From contig MU006095.1 in assembly GCA_010093705.1 (NCBI GenBank), positions 124,001 through 188,000 of the forward strand: 64,000 bases of DNA. The letters are read 5' to 3'. The position numbers were made by a program, and so were the translations under genes. Positions 61,626 to 64,000 of the stretch are shown here, in pieces. The notes under the pieces are model-generated. The model was not told the origin of the DNA. It did not search any database and saw only the letters and a list, made by a program, of their open reading frames with translations. The stretch is from Patellaria atrata CBS 101060. Taxonomy: Eukaryota. Numbering within the stretch: position 1 is the stretch's first letter; each line of letters begins with the position of its first letter.

Positions 61626-64000
61626 CGGCTTGAGCTCTGCTGGAGTTATTGGCTTTTCGTTGGGCGGTATCGCCTGTCTATAGAGTAGCTAAAAGCGAAT
61701 CAGCTTTAGAAGCAAGAGAAGGTTGTGGATTCTTCAAGGATTGTTTGTTTCGTGGTTTGTTGAGTACCGGAGACGTAGAAGAAGGAAATGAGGTGACAAA
61801 AAAGAAAGGAAGGAAGAAGGAAAGGAGGGAAAGAGAGGGCTTTATGCTTAAAGAAGCAAGGAGCGAGCGGCGGATAAGGAAATACGCGTGCAGGTAGTCA
61901 TGTAATGGTTGCTTTTGCAGGTGCAGGTGGAATGGCACTCGTGAGCTACTGCGCGCGAGTTCGGCGTTGAGTGTCGTCTAACGAGGAGATGTTCTCTAGG
62001 ACTATAGCAGCATACAAAGGATGGATGATGAAGAAAAATAGAACAATAGAGGTATAAATGTGCTTACCTGATCCATCATTGCCGTCTGTTGAATGTTGAA
62101 GGTATGTGATGGGAAGAACAAATAGAAGTAAGGTAGATGTTGATGTTTGCGCTGCCTGAGAGGAAAACGCCAAGACATCAATTCTAGTACAAACTTGAAC
62201 CATCTATCCAACCGAAGATCGGGATGGTGGTATTTCTTCGTGCTCTACTCTTGAATTACATAGCCTTTCGTTTTTATGGATGAGGTAGATATTGCCAGAA
62301 GGGACCCCATACCGAAGAACAAAACAAACCCCACGACGTGGAGTCCACGGATAAAAATCAATTTCGACAGAACCAGAAATTTGTTAATAGATGAAATTCT
62401 ATAGCAGATATGGAATTTCGTAAGAATTTAAACATCCAGACCGAGACAGTGTGCACCAGAACTTAGTTGAGGAAACAAGCCGTCCACTCGATTGCGATCA
62501 AAAATCTGTTTCTATCCATGCTTTGAGGTGCTATCAAGACTTGTATCGTAAGTCAAGGCTGAAAGAACCTTTTAATCGGAAGACTTTCTACGTACCATTT
62601 CTGTTCATAACTGGTTATAGTGAAGTACTGACCTATCCGAGAACGGCAGGTTCGGCTCGAAGTTTCATACTACCAACCTAGTAGATCTGACTGAGTGCGA
62701 TTTCTAGTACCGATTTAAGCTAATCCCCGTCTTCATAGATAGTAAAGCCATAAACTAGATTCTTCCTTCTCCCTGGTCGATCCAACCGCTCTGGTCGAAC
62801 AGCAGTGTCGCCACTCGCAATGATCGACATACCATCTTATCGGTAAATAGCAAATCAAGCTGGACGTACTTCCGGCCTCTCGATATTCGGTCTGTTACGC
62901 AAAGCACATAGCTCCGCTGAGCCCCTACTCCTCTCTTAAAAGGACTCAAACCGCGCGACACCTTGTCATTGCACCAAAATAAGGTCAAATTTTGATACAA
63001 TCACAGGGATGGGTGTTGGGCAGAGAAACTTTTAAAATAAACAACCCCTTAACAAGGTGGCCAGGGAGCTTTTCAATCTAGTTTTATATCGTGCGAATGA
63101 CGCAGAGTCGAGAAAAAGAGAAGACTGTACGGAGCATTGAAGGTTATGCATCGATATATGCACAAGAAGTGGCTGGAGTTTTGAAAGAGGTAGTCTCTTC
63201 GGCAATAGCTATCCCATGAGAACAGAAGAGTATCTATAGTTCCAGTTAACTGGGAGTACCAATAAGAGATGGAAACAATTGAGATACCTACTGAAAAGTA
63301 GCTATTTTGAGCATACAATGCCCATTTCGGCACGAATGAAAAAATCTACCTTGGAGGCGTTCATATCTAATACTAGATGTCATAGCCTAATGGCCACATC
63401 ATTGTGTAAAATGACGGTCGTCAATTGCTAGTTTGGAAAGGACGAACTGATCCAATACATAAAGCGTACTGTCCGGTTACGATATCGCGTTACTGGCATT
63501 CGATCACTGAGATGCATTTGCCTCATCCCGGTTTTCGACGACCCGTATCAATGTCACATAAGCATTGGCAGCTTTATTTACCCTTCGTTTCAAGCATGGC
63601 GTACCATTTGGCTCATTTATGCCTGGGGCGGACACTATAATTTATATATTGTTTTGCTTGATAAACCGTTGCCGTGGAGAAAGAGTCGCCCATCCTCTTG
63701 TTATGGGGTTATTACGGATTAGACCATGGTTGCTCCGTATCCGTTGTAATTAAATGGTGCTTGTTACAATGTAACCAATCTCCTCGGTTAGGCTACTCAG
63801 TTGTTACTAGAACTTCGAGTATGGAAGGCCTATGGCCATCCTGTTAACATGTTGAGATTGAGTCGAACCTATACCGAAGGAGGGGTGTAAACGGCAGGGA
63901 TAAAAGAGATACGATATGATACATTTTAAATTATCTCCTTAACGGCAGCACCGATTCATTCTTATTTTGTAAGGGAGTTTGCTATATATTTCTGGATATC

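Noticed and set aside
1..64000. tRNA, rRNA, intact transposase or retroelement genes
   Set aside because: No cloverleaf/T-loop context, rRNA signature, or RT, integrase or DDE motifs found by eye; tRNAscan-SE and a repeat search would be decisive.

Overview
Genomic DNA of a filamentous ascomycete (Pezizomycotina; short GT-AG introns with CTRAY branch points), with a 971-N assembly gap at 41645-42615. About 19 mostly intron-containing genes are recognisable: P450, PTH11/rhodopsin-domain protein, APC5, CIA30, RIM2, an SSS-family transporter, a Kes1/Osh4-like OSBP, an ASH1-like SET protein, ERF2, a small mitochondrial membrane protein, DUF4470-MYND, an ammonium transporter, an AspE-like septin, a coiled-coil protein, PMT1, an RS-rich protein, RPL37, a GPI-like protein and an RNAi RdRP. 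The clearest non-coding element is a TPP riboswitch in the 466-nt intron of the transporter. A long-range complementary segment next to that intron's 5' splice site matches the Neurospora NCU01977 architecture. The last ~11 kb look accessory: a phosphotransferase pseudogene, two minisatellites (one resembling a decayed hexapeptide-repeat gene) and a divergent SAD-1-type RdRP with a G/R/Q repeat insertion. All family assignments come from motif recognition by eye; no database search was run.
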